Positions 49,585 to 59,623 of a stretch of DNA of 64,000 nucleotides are shown here, piece by piece (position 1 is the stretch's first letter; the number at the start of each line of letters is the position of its first letter). Both the position numbers and the translations under genes were made by a program. Under the pieces are notes generated by a model, which made no database searches, had not been told where the DNA came from, and worked only from the letters and a program-made list of their open reading frames with translations. Source of the stretch: Phycisphaerales bacterium (GTDB lineage: Bacteria; Planctomycetota; Phycisphaerae; WQYP01); the NCBI GenBank assembly GCA_027451365.1, contig DAIDJN010000063.1:32001-96000 (forward strand). Direction: 5' to 3'.

Positions 49585-50346
49585 TCAGGATGGCTGAACC
49601 GCATTGGCGTTAAGCATTTCAGTCAGGAATAAAATACGGCCGCAAGAATTGCACTTACGGATTTCATCACGGCCGCGCAATAAATTTACATCTTCCACAT
49701 TAAGGCTCATATAACAGCCGCCGCAGGAAACATTTTCCAGATCGTCGCCGTCAAATTCGGCTGCGGCCATCACATTTCCGGGGTACTTAAGCAGAATTCG
49801 TTCATATTGGCGACGGGCATCGGGCGGAACATTGGCCAGAGCCAGTCCGCGACTGGCCTCCAACTGGCGGATAATTTCCTTGACATGGCCAACTTGTTCG
49901 CTGTTTTTGCGCTGGGTTTCAGCCAGAGAGGATTGCGCTTTCTCCAATTGAATTTTTATGTCAGCCGCGGATTTGCCGTTGGATTCAAGCTGCTGCATCA
50001 GGTCCAGAGCGAGCTTTTCAATTTTGCCGACTTCCGCTTTTTCGGCGGAAATCTGCACCAGAATAGCGGAGTATTCCTTGTTGTTTTTGGTAACATTCAG
50101 GCTTTGCCGCATCTTTTCAATGTGTTCCTGGCGGGAGGCGATATCCAATTCATGGCCAGAAATACCGGTCTGCAGCTTGCGTCCGGCAGATTCAAGTTCC
50201 GCCAGATGTTCGCTTAAGCGTACAATATTGGTTTCTACGGCCACCTGATCTTTAAGCAGTGCGGCCAGTCGCCCCTGGAATTCATGAATATCGTGGTCTA
50301 TTTTATGCAGCGCCAGCAGCGCGGGAACAATGGTCAGAACCGGCAT
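49585..50346 (-). CDS. Coiled-coil protein with a C4 zinc ribbon (CT398/DUF164-like)
   Basis: Long coiled coil, CGGC...CNSCGRILF. Confidence 0.88.
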   Translation of the reverse strand: MPVLTIVPALLALHKIDHDIHEFQGRLAALLKDQVAVETNIVRLSEHLAELESAGRKLQTGISGHELDIASRQEHIEKMRQSLNVTKNNKEYSAILVQISAEKAEVGKIEKLALDLMQQLESNGKSAADIKIQLEKAQSSLAETQRKNSEQVGHVKEIIRQLEASRGLALANVPPDARRQYERILLKYPGNVMAAAEFDGDDLENVSCGGCYMSLNVEDVNLLRGRDEIRKCNSCGRILFLTEMLNANAVQPS

Positions 50347-50531
50347 CAGGTCACCTCAAAAACTCCAAGTAAAGAAGTGTACCATCGAAGCGGGTTTTAC
50401 GCCAACCCAACCGCGGGCCGCCCAATTCGCAATTCGCATATCGCGAAACGTCGCTATCGGTCATGTATTGGAAATCGCCGGACGGCATTTCGGCGCAGGC
50501 GTGACAAAGCACAGAAGTCATGACGGGCGGG

Positions 50532-51515
50532 TTATCGGTAGCCGCTTGGGTTGGCTTTGAACCACTTCCATGCGGATTCCACAATTGTGTCCAGACTGGT
50601 GATCGCGGCTTTCCACTTCATATCGCTGGCCATTTTTTCCGGTGAGGCAAACAGGGCGGGCGGATCCCCCGGACGCCGCGCGGTTTCGCGTGTGGCAATC
50701 GGTTTGCCGGTGACGCGCCGGCAGGATTCAATAATTTCACGCACGCTGTATCCGCGGCCCACACCCAGGTTGTAAAACAGTCCTTTGGCCGGCTTAAGAT
50801 TTTCCAGCAGCACCAGATGGGCCTCCACCAGGTCCCAGACGTGAATATAATCACGAATGCAGGTTCCGTCGGGCGTGGGGTAATCATTTCCATAAATATC
50901 AACATGTGTCCGCTGACCCAGGGCTGTCTGCAGCACAATGGGAATAATGTGGGATTCGGGCCGGTGATCCTCACCGATAGATCCATCCAGTGCCGCCCCG
51001 GCCACATTGAAATACCGCGGCGCGGCGAAAGCCAGGTTTTCCGCCCGGGCGCAGTCCAGAAGAATATGTTCCACCATCAGTTTGGACCTGCCGTACGGGC
51101 TGATGGGATTCTGCGGAATATCTTCAGTAATCGGCACCGTGCGCGGTTCGCCATAGGTGGCGCAGGTGCTGGAAAAAACCAGCTTGCGCACGCCGGCAAT
51201 CGTCATCGCGTCAAGCATGCTGATGGTGCCGGCCACGTTGTTTCGGTAATATTTTCGCGGGTCGCTGACGCTTTCCCCCACATAGGCATTGGCCGCAAAG
51301 TGCATGACCGCTTCGGTTCCGTGGGATTTGAACAAGGCGGCCAGCCCGGCGGTGTTGGCACAATCCAGCACTTCCAGGCGGGCCTTGGAATCCACGGCGG
51401 CCCGATGTCCGTTGGTCAGGTTGTCCACCGCAATAACTTCATGTCCGCGCTCAACAAGCAGCTTCACCGCATGAGACCCGATGTAACCCGCACCGCCAAT
51501 AACCGCTATTCGCAT
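50532..51515 (-). CDS. galE: UDP-glucose 4-epimerase
   Basis: GGAGYIGSH, FSSTCATYG, YGRSK, DGTCIRDYIHV. Confidence 0.95.
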   Translation of the reverse strand: MRIAVIGGAGYIGSHAVKLLVERGHEVIAVDNLTNGHRAAVDSKARLEVLDCANTAGLAALFKSHGTEAVMHFAANAYVGESVSDPRKYYRNNVAGTISMLDAMTIAGVRKLVFSSTCATYGEPRTVPITEDIPQNPISPYGRSKLMVEHILLDCARAENLAFAAPRYFNVAGAALDGSIGEDHRPESHIIPIVLQTALGQRTHVDIYGNDYPTPDGTCIRDYIHVWDLVEAHLVLLENLKPAKGLFYNLGVGRGYSVREIIESCRRVTGKPIATRETARRPGDPPALFASPEKMASDMKWKAAITSLDTIVESAWKWFKANPSGYR

Positions 51516-51683
51516 GAAAAACTATCTCCAAACAATACCATGACTAAAGTACTTGGCGTAGCCGCGGTTGTAAATAGCATCGCTTCAATGGACTGTTCTC
51601 CGGATTTTGCCGGATTGCCCGATAACAGGCCGCCAATGGTCTTGGGAATATTCACGGAGGGCCGGTTGCCGGACGTGAAGAAA

Positions 51684-53126
51684 TTAAGGCTTTTGGCGAT
51701 GAAAATGTGAAACCGGATCGTGGTGGCCATGCGGGCGCATGGGCATGTGGCTAAGGTCTATCGACAGTGTAAGCGGCCGGTTGTGGCGAATGGCACTGAC
51801 CGAAACGCTGCTCGGATCAAGATGAATCCGCCGCATGATGGCGGGCAGTTGCAAAATGGAAATATTGTTCAGGGCTGTAATCAGGTCGCCGCGCCGAATG
51901 CCGGCTTCCATCGCCGGAGAGTGGGGAAATACTTTAAGCACCAGTATGGCCGGTCTGCTGCCCAGAATCGGATTTTCCTTGCGGACCGGGGAATTGGCCG
52001 CCAACAGCATGTATTTAATTCCAAATTGCCTGGGGCGGATAACGCCAGTTTCAATAAATTCCCGGAATACCGGATTGCGCCGCGTGACATGGAATATATT
52101 CATGCCCGATCCGACGCCGGTAAGCTGCCCTTGCCTGGACAGAAGCAGTGTGGATTGGAAAGGCTTGTCAGGCATGCCATGCCGCTGATTCCGCGAATGT
52201 CTGCCGCGCAGCGCAATTTTCCATTTCAGTGTCAGCGTATTGGGATTCAGCGACAACTGCATCCTTTTGTCATCACGGTCGGCCCGAGCCAGGGGAATCG
52301 CCGGCCACTGTGCGGCCTGCCGCAGTGCCACAACGCTTAAATCAAGCCGTGGACTTATCCCCAGAATCCGCCCTGTCAGCCGCTGGCCGCGATAATTAAT
52401 AACCGTAATTTTGCCCGTCGTTCCCGCAGTGCCCAGGAGTCCAAGGACCAGAATATTATGTTTAGCACCAACCACCACGCCGGGCAGACTGTTGCCCTGC
52501 CCTTCGTGCAGAAGCATCAGCCGCTGATTTATCAAACGCAAATAGGGCCAGGGCGGCTTCTGACCCGGTTTGTGCATTTCAAACAGAAAGTGCCGCATCA
52601 GAAATAACTGCGCCATTGGTCTGCGGGTCAGATTATTGAGCCGGTTCCGCTGTTCGAAACTTAACGGTGGCTGACTATGGCCGGAATTTGCTTCCGGAAC
52701 AATGGCCACGGTGGCCGATTGGCGACCTGGTCTGCCGTCGGCGTGAAAGTGGTGGTTTAATACCCACGTCCGTTCCCATGCCAGAAAGCGGCGCTGCATT
52801 TCCGGGGGAAGAATATGGACCGGATTTTTATCCATTTCAACCCGCACCAGAGATTTCCGAAGCCGCGAATAGAGCGCACGCGTTTCCCAGTTCAGTTGTG
52901 TAAGAAGTTGCGGATCAATGGGGGCTGATGCGTCGTATTTATAAGCGGGTTCCGGCGGCAGCGCGGAAGCCTGCAACCGGGCCGCGGCCATGCCGAAAAA
53001 CCCTGCCGGAAAAAAAATTGGCGCAGCGGCACCAAGCCATACCGCCGCGCGGCGGATCGACAATATGCGGTTCCGCCCGATTCGGATACACCCGCTGACT
53101 GCCGGGACTTGGAAAAATGGATTCAT
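51684..53126 (-). CDS. Exported PDZ-domain protein, degenerate HtrA-like
   Basis: Signal-like N-terminus, DLSVVAL, and C-terminal PDZ (VFPHSPAMEAGIRRGDLITALN). Confidence 0.65.
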   Translation of the reverse strand: MNPFFQVPAVSGCIRIGRNRILSIRRAAVWLGAAAPIFFPAGFFGMAAARLQASALPPEPAYKYDASAPIDPQLLTQLNWETRALYSRLRKSLVRVEMDKNPVHILPPEMQRRFLAWERTWVLNHHFHADGRPGRQSATVAIVPEANSGHSQPPLSFEQRNRLNNLTRRPMAQLFLMRHFLFEMHKPGQKPPWPYLRLINQRLMLLHEGQGNSLPGVVVGAKHNILVLGLLGTAGTTGKITVINYRGQRLTGRILGISPRLDLSVVALRQAAQWPAIPLARADRDDKRMQLSLNPNTLTLKWKIALRGRHSRNQRHGMPDKPFQSTLLLSRQGQLTGVGSGMNIFHVTRRNPVFREFIETGVIRPRQFGIKYMLLAANSPVRKENPILGSRPAILVLKVFPHSPAMEAGIRRGDLITALNNISILQLPAIMRRIHLDPSSVSVSAIRHNRPLTLSIDLSHMPMRPHGHHDPVSHFHRQKP

Positions 53127-53196
53127 ACGACTCCGATTTTATCCGGTCGCGGCTGTGTCGATTACAGGGTCAGGCGGCCGGATAATCCAAATTCAA

Positions 53197-53748
53197 TCAA
53201 AAAACGCCCTGTGTCGCCATGGCCATGGTTTCCCTGGCATTTCCTCCATTCGTTGACCGCGCTTGCTTTGATAGTTGATAGCTGCGGTAAAACCGCTGGG
53301 CTTGCTCATAGCTGCTGAAGGTTTGGGAAACCGTTTCACCGCCCGGTGTCTGAATTTCAACTGCATAGCGCACGGCGGGACTGGCGGCCGAGCCGCGCCC
53401 GGCCAGGAAGCAACCAACGCCGATCACCAGGCAGGCGGCCACAATCGAGGCCCGTTTAAGCCAGCGAAGAATGGAAAGGTCGCTGCTGGGTTCAATATGT
53501 CCGGCGGGGGCGAATTCCATTTCATAGCAATGTTCCAATACCCGCCTCGCCAAAACGGCTGCTTCCGTCGGCGTTGGCGCGTAGCCAGCCATCGCGGCCC
53601 GGGACAGGCGCTGCTGGTGGACAAGCCGATCGAGTGCGGCTCGCCCTTGGTCGTCTTGTGCCAGCATCGCCTCTACATCCGCTTTCTGTGCGGACGAAAG
53701 TTCGCCATCCAGATAAGCTTCAAGAAGTTCGTTCGTTAACTTTTTCAT
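53197..53748 (-). CDS. Membrane-anchored anti-sigma factor
   Basis: LEAYLDGELS N-terminus and a single TM helix; follows the ECF sigma gene. Confidence 0.8.
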   Translation of the reverse strand: MKKLTNELLEAYLDGELSSAQKADVEAMLAQDDQGRAALDRLVHQQRLSRAAMAGYAPTPTEAAVLARRVLEHCYEMEFAPAGHIEPSSDLSILRWLKRASIVAACLVIGVGCFLAGRGSAASPAVRYAVEIQTPGGETVSQTFSSYEQAQRFYRSYQLSKQARSTNGGNARETMAMATQGVF

Positions 53749-53815
53749 ATGTCACCTCATGTCCTTTTAACTCTCATTGCATCTCTGGCAAAGCGGGGCT
53801 GCCAGGCTCCGGTGT

Positions 53816-54382
53816 TCAACCGTTTTCAGCTGAATCCGTGACGCGATCCCGCAGACCATCGGCCAGTCGCACCCTGGCCCGATGCAGCCACGTTTTTACC
53901 TGGGCCTCGGTCGCTTCCAGTGCCTCGGCGATTTCGCGATAGCCCATCTGCTGTTGTTCGCGCAACGTCAGAGCTTCTCGCCAGGCGTCCGGAAGCGTTT
54001 CAATTAACCTCCGGAGTTTTTGAGTTGTCTCGGCCGTGCTGTAGGCTTCCGAAGGGTCGTTGTCCGATCCAAGGCTATCGTAAATGGCCGGGTCGGCATC
54101 CAGCGATTGTCCAACCCTTCGGCGCCGACAACTAATCACAGTCCTGGCGACCGCCTTGGCCATCAGCGACCAGCCACCATTTGACCAGTCATAACTGTCG
54201 CGAAGGCGAAAAAGTTTGAGCAGCGAATCCTGCACAAGATCTTCCGCCTGCTTCGCATCGCGCGATTGTGCACCCATCATGGACCTGGCCAAGGCCACCA
54301 AACGACCCATGTTGGCATTCACAGCCTCTTCAAACGCCTGATTAACGGAATTTGGTTCTGGCATTTGACCTTCCGGCTTCAA
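53816..54382 (-). CDS. ECF RNA polymerase sigma factor
   Basis: AEDLVQD, LPDAWREALTLR, YREIAEAL, VKTWLHRAR; start at 54382 or 54364. Confidence 0.9.
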   Translation of the reverse strand: MKPEGQMPEPNSVNQAFEEAVNANMGRLVALARSMMGAQSRDAKQAEDLVQDSLLKLFRLRDSYDWSNGGWSLMAKAVARTVISCRRRRVGQSLDADPAIYDSLGSDNDPSEAYSTAETTQKLRRLIETLPDAWREALTLREQQQMGYREIAEALEATEAQVKTWLHRARVRLADGLRDRVTDSAENG

Positions 54383-54993
54383 TTATGAACACGCTTAAAA
54401 AAGCGGTTTGTTACAGATTCGGCCACACTTTTTCCATGTCTGATAACCGCTTTTGGCAATCTTTTGATTCCGGTTGCATACCGGGCGTTATGTTCTTGCA
54501 TGTCCGCAGGCATCCATCGGCGGACACCCGTCCCCGCTGCAAGCAATTTTTCCTGCAACATAATGGCCGCACGATCTACGCCAGCCGGGACACCGCTTCG
54601 GTCGGGATTCTGTTCGGTTTTCCGTCACCAGTCGCACCTGCCCAATTTTTCAGGGCCGATCGGCGAATCGCCGAAGATTATAAGTTTATATCTTAAAAAT
54701 TTCGACCTGTCCGCCTCAGTGGTTTTTTTCACGCAAATACGGGCTATCGGGCGGCATAATTTGTAAAAGCGATAAATTTATTGTTATCGTACCATTGTGC
54801 CGAAAGGCTTATAGGCGGAAAAGGTTTGCATTGCCCGTTTAACGGAATGTATACTCTGATTCGGGTCGGCAGAGTTTAGTTGCCACGTTGCATTCCAGCA
54901 ATGCATTCCGAAATGTATTCGGCCGCTCGCAAGAGAGATTTGCGCAAAACGTAAGACTGGTTGTATTCAGTCAAAGCGAGTATCAGGCTAATT

Positions 54994-56415
54994 ATGATCG
55001 CATCCGCAGTGACATCCAGCCCCACATTCACTTCAACGCTGATGCCGTACATGCAGATATTCTATGTTTCCTTTCTGGCCACACTGGCCCTTACGCCACT
55101 GATGCGCAAGCTGGCGCTCAAGCATGGGGTAGTGGACGAGCCGGACGGGCAGCGTAAAATTCACACCAAACGCGTCGCTTATCTGGGCGGAGTGGCGATA
55201 TTCATTGGCTGGCTGCTGGGGGTTCTGGCCTCAATTACCGTGACCCCCTTCCATGCGGGCGGTAATGGATTTGCCGAGGTCCAGGTGCCTCCGGGCATTC
55301 TGCTGGGTGCCGGTATTGTGATGATTTGCGGGCTTATTGACGACGTCTACAGTCTTTCGCCGCGCATCAAACTTTTTGGTCAGTTGCTGGCGGCGGCGTG
55401 CCTCTATTTTTTAAATTTGACCCGCACTGACAACATCGGTGCCCGCGTGGATCTGGCCAACATGTTTGTGTATCCGCTGGAACGCCACCATCTGATTGGT
55501 CTGGTTCAATTGACCGCACCCCATGTATATCTGACGCTGGCCAGCATGTTCAGCGCGATATTCTGTGTGTTTATTGTCATGGCCACGAGCAACGCGATGA
55601 ACCTGCTTGACGGCATGGATGGCCTGTGCGGCGGTGTGGCGGGAATTATGGCCATTGGTTATCTGGTTTTGTCGGTTTACCTGTCTGCGGCAAATCTGAC
55701 GCAACCCGGTGTTTCGTCACTTAATCCGGCCCGCATCGCGCTGAGTCTGGCGCTTCTTGGGGCGGTCCTGGGCTTCCTTCCGTATAACTTTAATCCCGCG
55801 ACGATTTTTATGGGTGATACAGGCAGCATGTTCCTGGGCTTTATCTGCGGCGCTATGATCGTTCTTTTCGGAAACGATGGAATTTTCCGCTGGTTTCTGG
55901 CTTCGGTGGTAATCTTCGGGCTTCCGCTGCTTGATACACTGCTTGCCGTTGTGCGCCGAAAAATCAATCGAAAGCCGATCTTTTCACCGGATTCCGGTCA
56001 CTTCCATCATTTTCTGCTGAAGCGCGGATTGTCGGTGCCGCGTGCGGCACTTGTAAGCTATATCCTGGCGGCCATGTTTGTAAGCTTCGCACTGGTGATT
56101 GTCATTATTCCCACCACCCTGGCCCTGGGTATGTACCTGGTCCTTTTCGGCTGGCTGGTGGTGGCAGCGTTCAAAATGGGCATGATTAACCAGCAGGGAA
56201 GCGTGCCACTTCAGGCGGCATCCACGGCATTTGTCATTTCCAGCCAACCGGGTGACAAAATTATTCCGTTTCCTGATACATCAGCCGGCCAGTTGGAAAA
56301 TCCCGTACCCATTCCGCCGCACGTGATCGCGGCAGACCCATTAACCAAGGCCTCCGAGTCCGCTTCGCGGGATGGCCCCCAACACCCTCTGGCACCGCGC
56401 GTGGCCGGTTCCTGA
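54994..56415 (+). CDS. MraY/WecA(TagO)-family undecaprenyl-phosphate HexNAc-1-phosphate transferase
   Basis: RKIH...YLGG, GLIDD, NAMNLLDGMDGL, YNFNPATIFMGDTGS, HFHH. Confidence 0.9.
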   Translation: MIASAVTSSPTFTSTLMPYMQIFYVSFLATLALTPLMRKLALKHGVVDEPDGQRKIHTKRVAYLGGVAIFIGWLLGVLASITVTPFHAGGNGFAEVQVPPGILLGAGIVMICGLIDDVYSLSPRIKLFGQLLAAACLYFLNLTRTDNIGARVDLANMFVYPLERHHLIGLVQLTAPHVYLTLASMFSAIFCVFIVMATSNAMNLLDGMDGLCGGVAGIMAIGYLVLSVYLSAANLTQPGVSSLNPARIALSLALLGAVLGFLPYNFNPATIFMGDTGSMFLGFICGAMIVLFGNDGIFRWFLASVVIFGLPLLDTLLAVVRRKINRKPIFSPDSGHFHHFLLKRGLSVPRAALVSYILAAMFVSFALVIVIIPTTLALGMYLVLFGWLVVAAFKMGMINQQGSVPLQAASTAFVISSQPGDKIIPFPDTSAGQLENPVPIPPHVIAADPLTKASESASRDGPQHPLAPRVAGS

Positions 56416-56506
56416 CATCAGGCGGGCGTCCGGAGAATCGTTCAATCCGCCATACTTCGCGGCTGAATATTCAGTTGAACACAAAGTGCATTCCGCAGGC
56501 CGCGGT

Positions 56507-57865
56507 TTATTTTCCGATACAAAACTGCCCGAAAATTCTTCCAAGAATGTCATCACTGCCAATCGTGCCGGAAATTGTTCCCATTTCGTTTAATGCAGCG
56601 CGCAAGTCGCCGGCAGTCAGATCCACGTCTGTTTCCCATTGGTCCCGCCGCACCAGATTTGCAGCTCGCCCCAAATGTTCGAGGGTACGGCCTAACGCGG
56701 TTCGATGGCGGTGGTTAAGCAAAATACTTTCGGCCGCCACCGGGGATTGCTGATAACATTTGCTTCCCACCAGTTTCAACAAGTCGGCGGTTCCCTGACC
56801 GGTCAGGGCGGAAACTCGCAAAACCTGCGGCTGGTCCAGTTCTGACGGTGCGGGTGTGCAGCACAGGTCCGCTTTGTTTTGCACCAACAGCCATGGCACA
56901 CCCGCCGGCGCGCGAACTTGGCCAAGCAACTGCTCCGCAGAAGTGCCGGTATTTTCCGGATCCAGAATCAGCACCAGCAGATCGGCTCGCTGAATGGCCT
57001 TGTGGCGGAATTCATCCATCTGGGGGTAAAGGTCGTGCCCCGAATTTTCCAGGCCGGGCGTATCGACGATGCGAACGGATCCGAAGGGCGTCGCCACGGT
57101 TACAGAAATGGAATCTCGTGTGGTGCCCGCCTGGCTTGAAACGATGGCGCGGTTGCGACCACTTAAGCGATTGATAAGTGAGCTTTTGCCGACATTTGCC
57201 GGTCCGATCAGGAAGGCCGTCGGCAGTGTCTCCTGTGTTTCCCACTGCGCCGCATGATTCAACAGGTTTGTGATATTTGCTTCCAGTTCGGATATTCCCG
57301 CCTGAAGCTTTGGTCCGGAAATGAATGACACACCCGGTTCATCACTAAAATCAATGCCCGCCTCCACCATAGCCAGCAAATCTGCAAGTGCATCGGTCTG
57401 CCGCCGGGTCCATTCATGCAGCAGGCCGCAGCGCAAGCTTTGTGCGGCCAGCAGTTGCCGGTCGTTGGTGGCGGCAATCGCGGCGGCTATTCCTTCCGCC
57501 TCGGTCAGATCGCATTTTCCATTCAGGTAGGCGCGAGCAGAAAACTCTCCTGGTCCGGCGCTGCGAGCGCCGGCGGAAATGAATTGTGCCAGTACACGCT
57601 GCAGCAATGGCACCGCGCCGGGCAAATGCAGTTCCACCGCATCCTGACCTGTAAAACTGGCCGGTGCGCGGAAGAAAATCGCCCCCGCCGCCACCTGCGG
57701 ATTGCGTAACGTTACGTTTATCCATCGCCGGGCAGTCGGACTTTGTATAGGAACAAGAATGGATTCCGCTAAATCCCATGAAAGCGGGCCGGAAAGGCGA
57801 ATAATGCCCCGCCGCGCCGCCCCGGGCGGTGAACTGATGGCGGCAATGGTGTCGGTCGTCAACAT
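56507..57865 (-). CDS. mnmE: tRNA modification GTPase
   Basis: DTIAAISSPPG, PASFTGQD, GPANVGKSS, GTTRD, NKAD, FCIGK. Confidence 0.94.
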   Translation of the reverse strand: MLTTDTIAAISSPPGAARRGIIRLSGPLSWDLAESILVPIQSPTARRWINVTLRNPQVAAGAIFFRAPASFTGQDAVELHLPGAVPLLQRVLAQFISAGARSAGPGEFSARAYLNGKCDLTEAEGIAAAIAATNDRQLLAAQSLRCGLLHEWTRRQTDALADLLAMVEAGIDFSDEPGVSFISGPKLQAGISELEANITNLLNHAAQWETQETLPTAFLIGPANVGKSSLINRLSGRNRAIVSSQAGTTRDSISVTVATPFGSVRIVDTPGLENSGHDLYPQMDEFRHKAIQRADLLVLILDPENTGTSAEQLLGQVRAPAGVPWLLVQNKADLCCTPAPSELDQPQVLRVSALTGQGTADLLKLVGSKCYQQSPVAAESILLNHRHRTALGRTLEHLGRAANLVRRDQWETDVDLTAGDLRAALNEMGTISGTIGSDDILGRIFGQFCIGK

Positions 57866-58358
57866 ACTTCCGTAAAGTCTACCCGAATAAGCCGCGGCGC
57901 GGTGTGGGCTCGCCGTGCTATAAACAGCCAATCCTCTGTTATATTAACAAGCAGGTCTGCTTCTTCTATAAAAACGATGCGCATGCCACCAAATCATTTC
58001 CAGGATTTTACGTGTATGGCGAGTCGCTTCATGAATCAACACGATTTGTTGCCACGGCGGGATTGGGTTTGCCGCCTTTGTGTCGCAATCCGTGATGCGA
58101 CGCGGCTTGGCGTATAGCGTATCGAGCATAAATAGCGCGGCATGCCAATTGTCTAATATAAACTGCGAGGGCGGCAAAAATGACTGCGAGTCTTCAGGCG
58201 GCATGTATTTACCATCCCCATGGAAGGCGGATTCGGCATACCCCAAATGCTTTTTCTGACGTGGTTCGCTTGGCGGTGTCGGGTTTGGCGGGATATTATC
58301 CTGATTGCCGGTCGGAATGGTCGGCCTTACAATGACAGGTCGGTTTTGTGGAGTGTGC

Positions 58359-58799
58359 ATGCAGCTTTCAAAGCGAACGCAATATGGTCTGCGGGCATTG
58401 GTCTGTCTTTGCGAGTTTTATCCGAAGGGATATTTGCAAACCAGGGAACTTGCGGCGCGTGAAGGACTGCCGACCAAATTTCTGGAATCCATATTGTCCG
58501 CGATGGCCCGCGCAAAATTTCTTTCTTCCAAAATCGGTGCCACCGGTGGCTATCGACTGGCAAAAAACCCGCGGGAAATTATGATTGGCGAAGTCATTGC
58601 CCGGCTGGAAGGCAAAAAGCTTCTGCAGGAGGCGGACAGCCCGGCCGCTGAAGATCAGCGACCCGGCGAAATAGCCGTTGATATTCTTCAGTCACAGTTG
58701 TCCAACGCCATCGGCGGCGTGCTGGAATCCACCAGTCTTGCGGGGCTGGTGGATATGGTCGGGCAGCGAAGCCGCGGTGGACAGATGTACTATATATGA
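58359..58799 (+). CDS. Rrf2-family transcriptional regulator
   Basis: YGLRAL, FLESIL, SKIGATGGYRLAK, IGEVIARLEG. Confidence 0.9.
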   Translation: MQLSKRTQYGLRALVCLCEFYPKGYLQTRELAAREGLPTKFLESILSAMARAKFLSSKIGATGGYRLAKNPREIMIGEVIARLEGKKLLQEADSPAAEDQRPGEIAVDILQSQLSNAIGGVLESTSLAGLVDMVGQRSRGGQMYYI

Positions 58800-59563
58800 A
58801 CAAACCGCCTGAAAAACCTTTCCGTCCAGTTGTTGGCGCCACCATGCCGCCGGTGCCGGTGGTTGCGCCCGCAAAAGAATCGTTGGGGAAGCATTTTGGT
58901 TCGGTATTCATTGGCGGACTCGTCGCCCTGATTCCATTTTTTGTGACGCTTTACATCCTGAAACTTTTGTACGCGGCGGCGACATGGCTGTCGTTTCCCG
59001 TGGCCCAGTGGATGGTTACACATTTTCTACCCCAGTCCAAACATGGCGCATTGGCGGGAGAACTTATTTCCGCCATTCTTGCCGTGATTCTGTTTCTGGT
59101 CATTGTATATGCGATCGGATTTCTATCCACGCGTGTGATTGGCCGCAAACTGCTGGATATGCTGGACCATTTCATTGAAAATCTGCCATTGCTCAAGGGC
59201 ATTTACGGCACCACCAAACAGGTGATATCCGTATTCCGGCAGGGTGGCGGCGGCGCCGGCTTTCAGCGCGTTGTGCTGCTGGAATTTCCGCGGAAAGGAC
59301 TCTGGACGCTCGGTTTTGTAACCAATGAAATTACCGATTCATCATGCGGCAAAAAATATGTTTCCGTATTTATTCCCATGACTCCCAATCCGACCAGCGG
59401 CTTCTTCCAGTTGGTGGCCTGCGATGAAGTCCGCGATACAGACTGGACCGTGGACCAGGGCATCAAAATAGTTCTCAGCGGCGGGCTGCTGGCCCCACGT
59501 GAAATGGATTTTGGCAAGCCGGCCTGTCCGGAGGCTTCGATCGCTCCGGCGCTTAACAATTAA
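58796..59563 (+). CDS. DUF502 family membrane protein
   Basis: LPLLKGIYGTTKQ, VVLLEFPRKG, VFIPMTPNPTSGF; ATGA overlap with the Rrf2 gene. Confidence 0.88.
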   Translation: MNKPPEKPFRPVVGATMPPVPVVAPAKESLGKHFGSVFIGGLVALIPFFVTLYILKLLYAAATWLSFPVAQWMVTHFLPQSKHGALAGELISAILAVILFLVIVYAIGFLSTRVIGRKLLDMLDHFIENLPLLKGIYGTTKQVISVFRQGGGGAGFQRVVLLEFPRKGLWTLGFVTNEITDSSCGKKYVSVFIPMTPNPTSGFFQLVACDEVRDTDWTVDQGIKIVLSGGLLAPREMDFGKPACPEASIAPALNN

Positions 59564-59623
59564 TAAAAGCCGCCTGGCCGCAAGCCGCCATACTCCGCAA
59601 AATGATCCCTTGCCGAATGGCGG

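Noticed and set aside
57944..58360. 138-aa minus-strand ORF between mnmE and the Rrf2 gene
   Set aside because: No recognisable motif, and it would cover the divergent promoter region; unsupported without a homology search.
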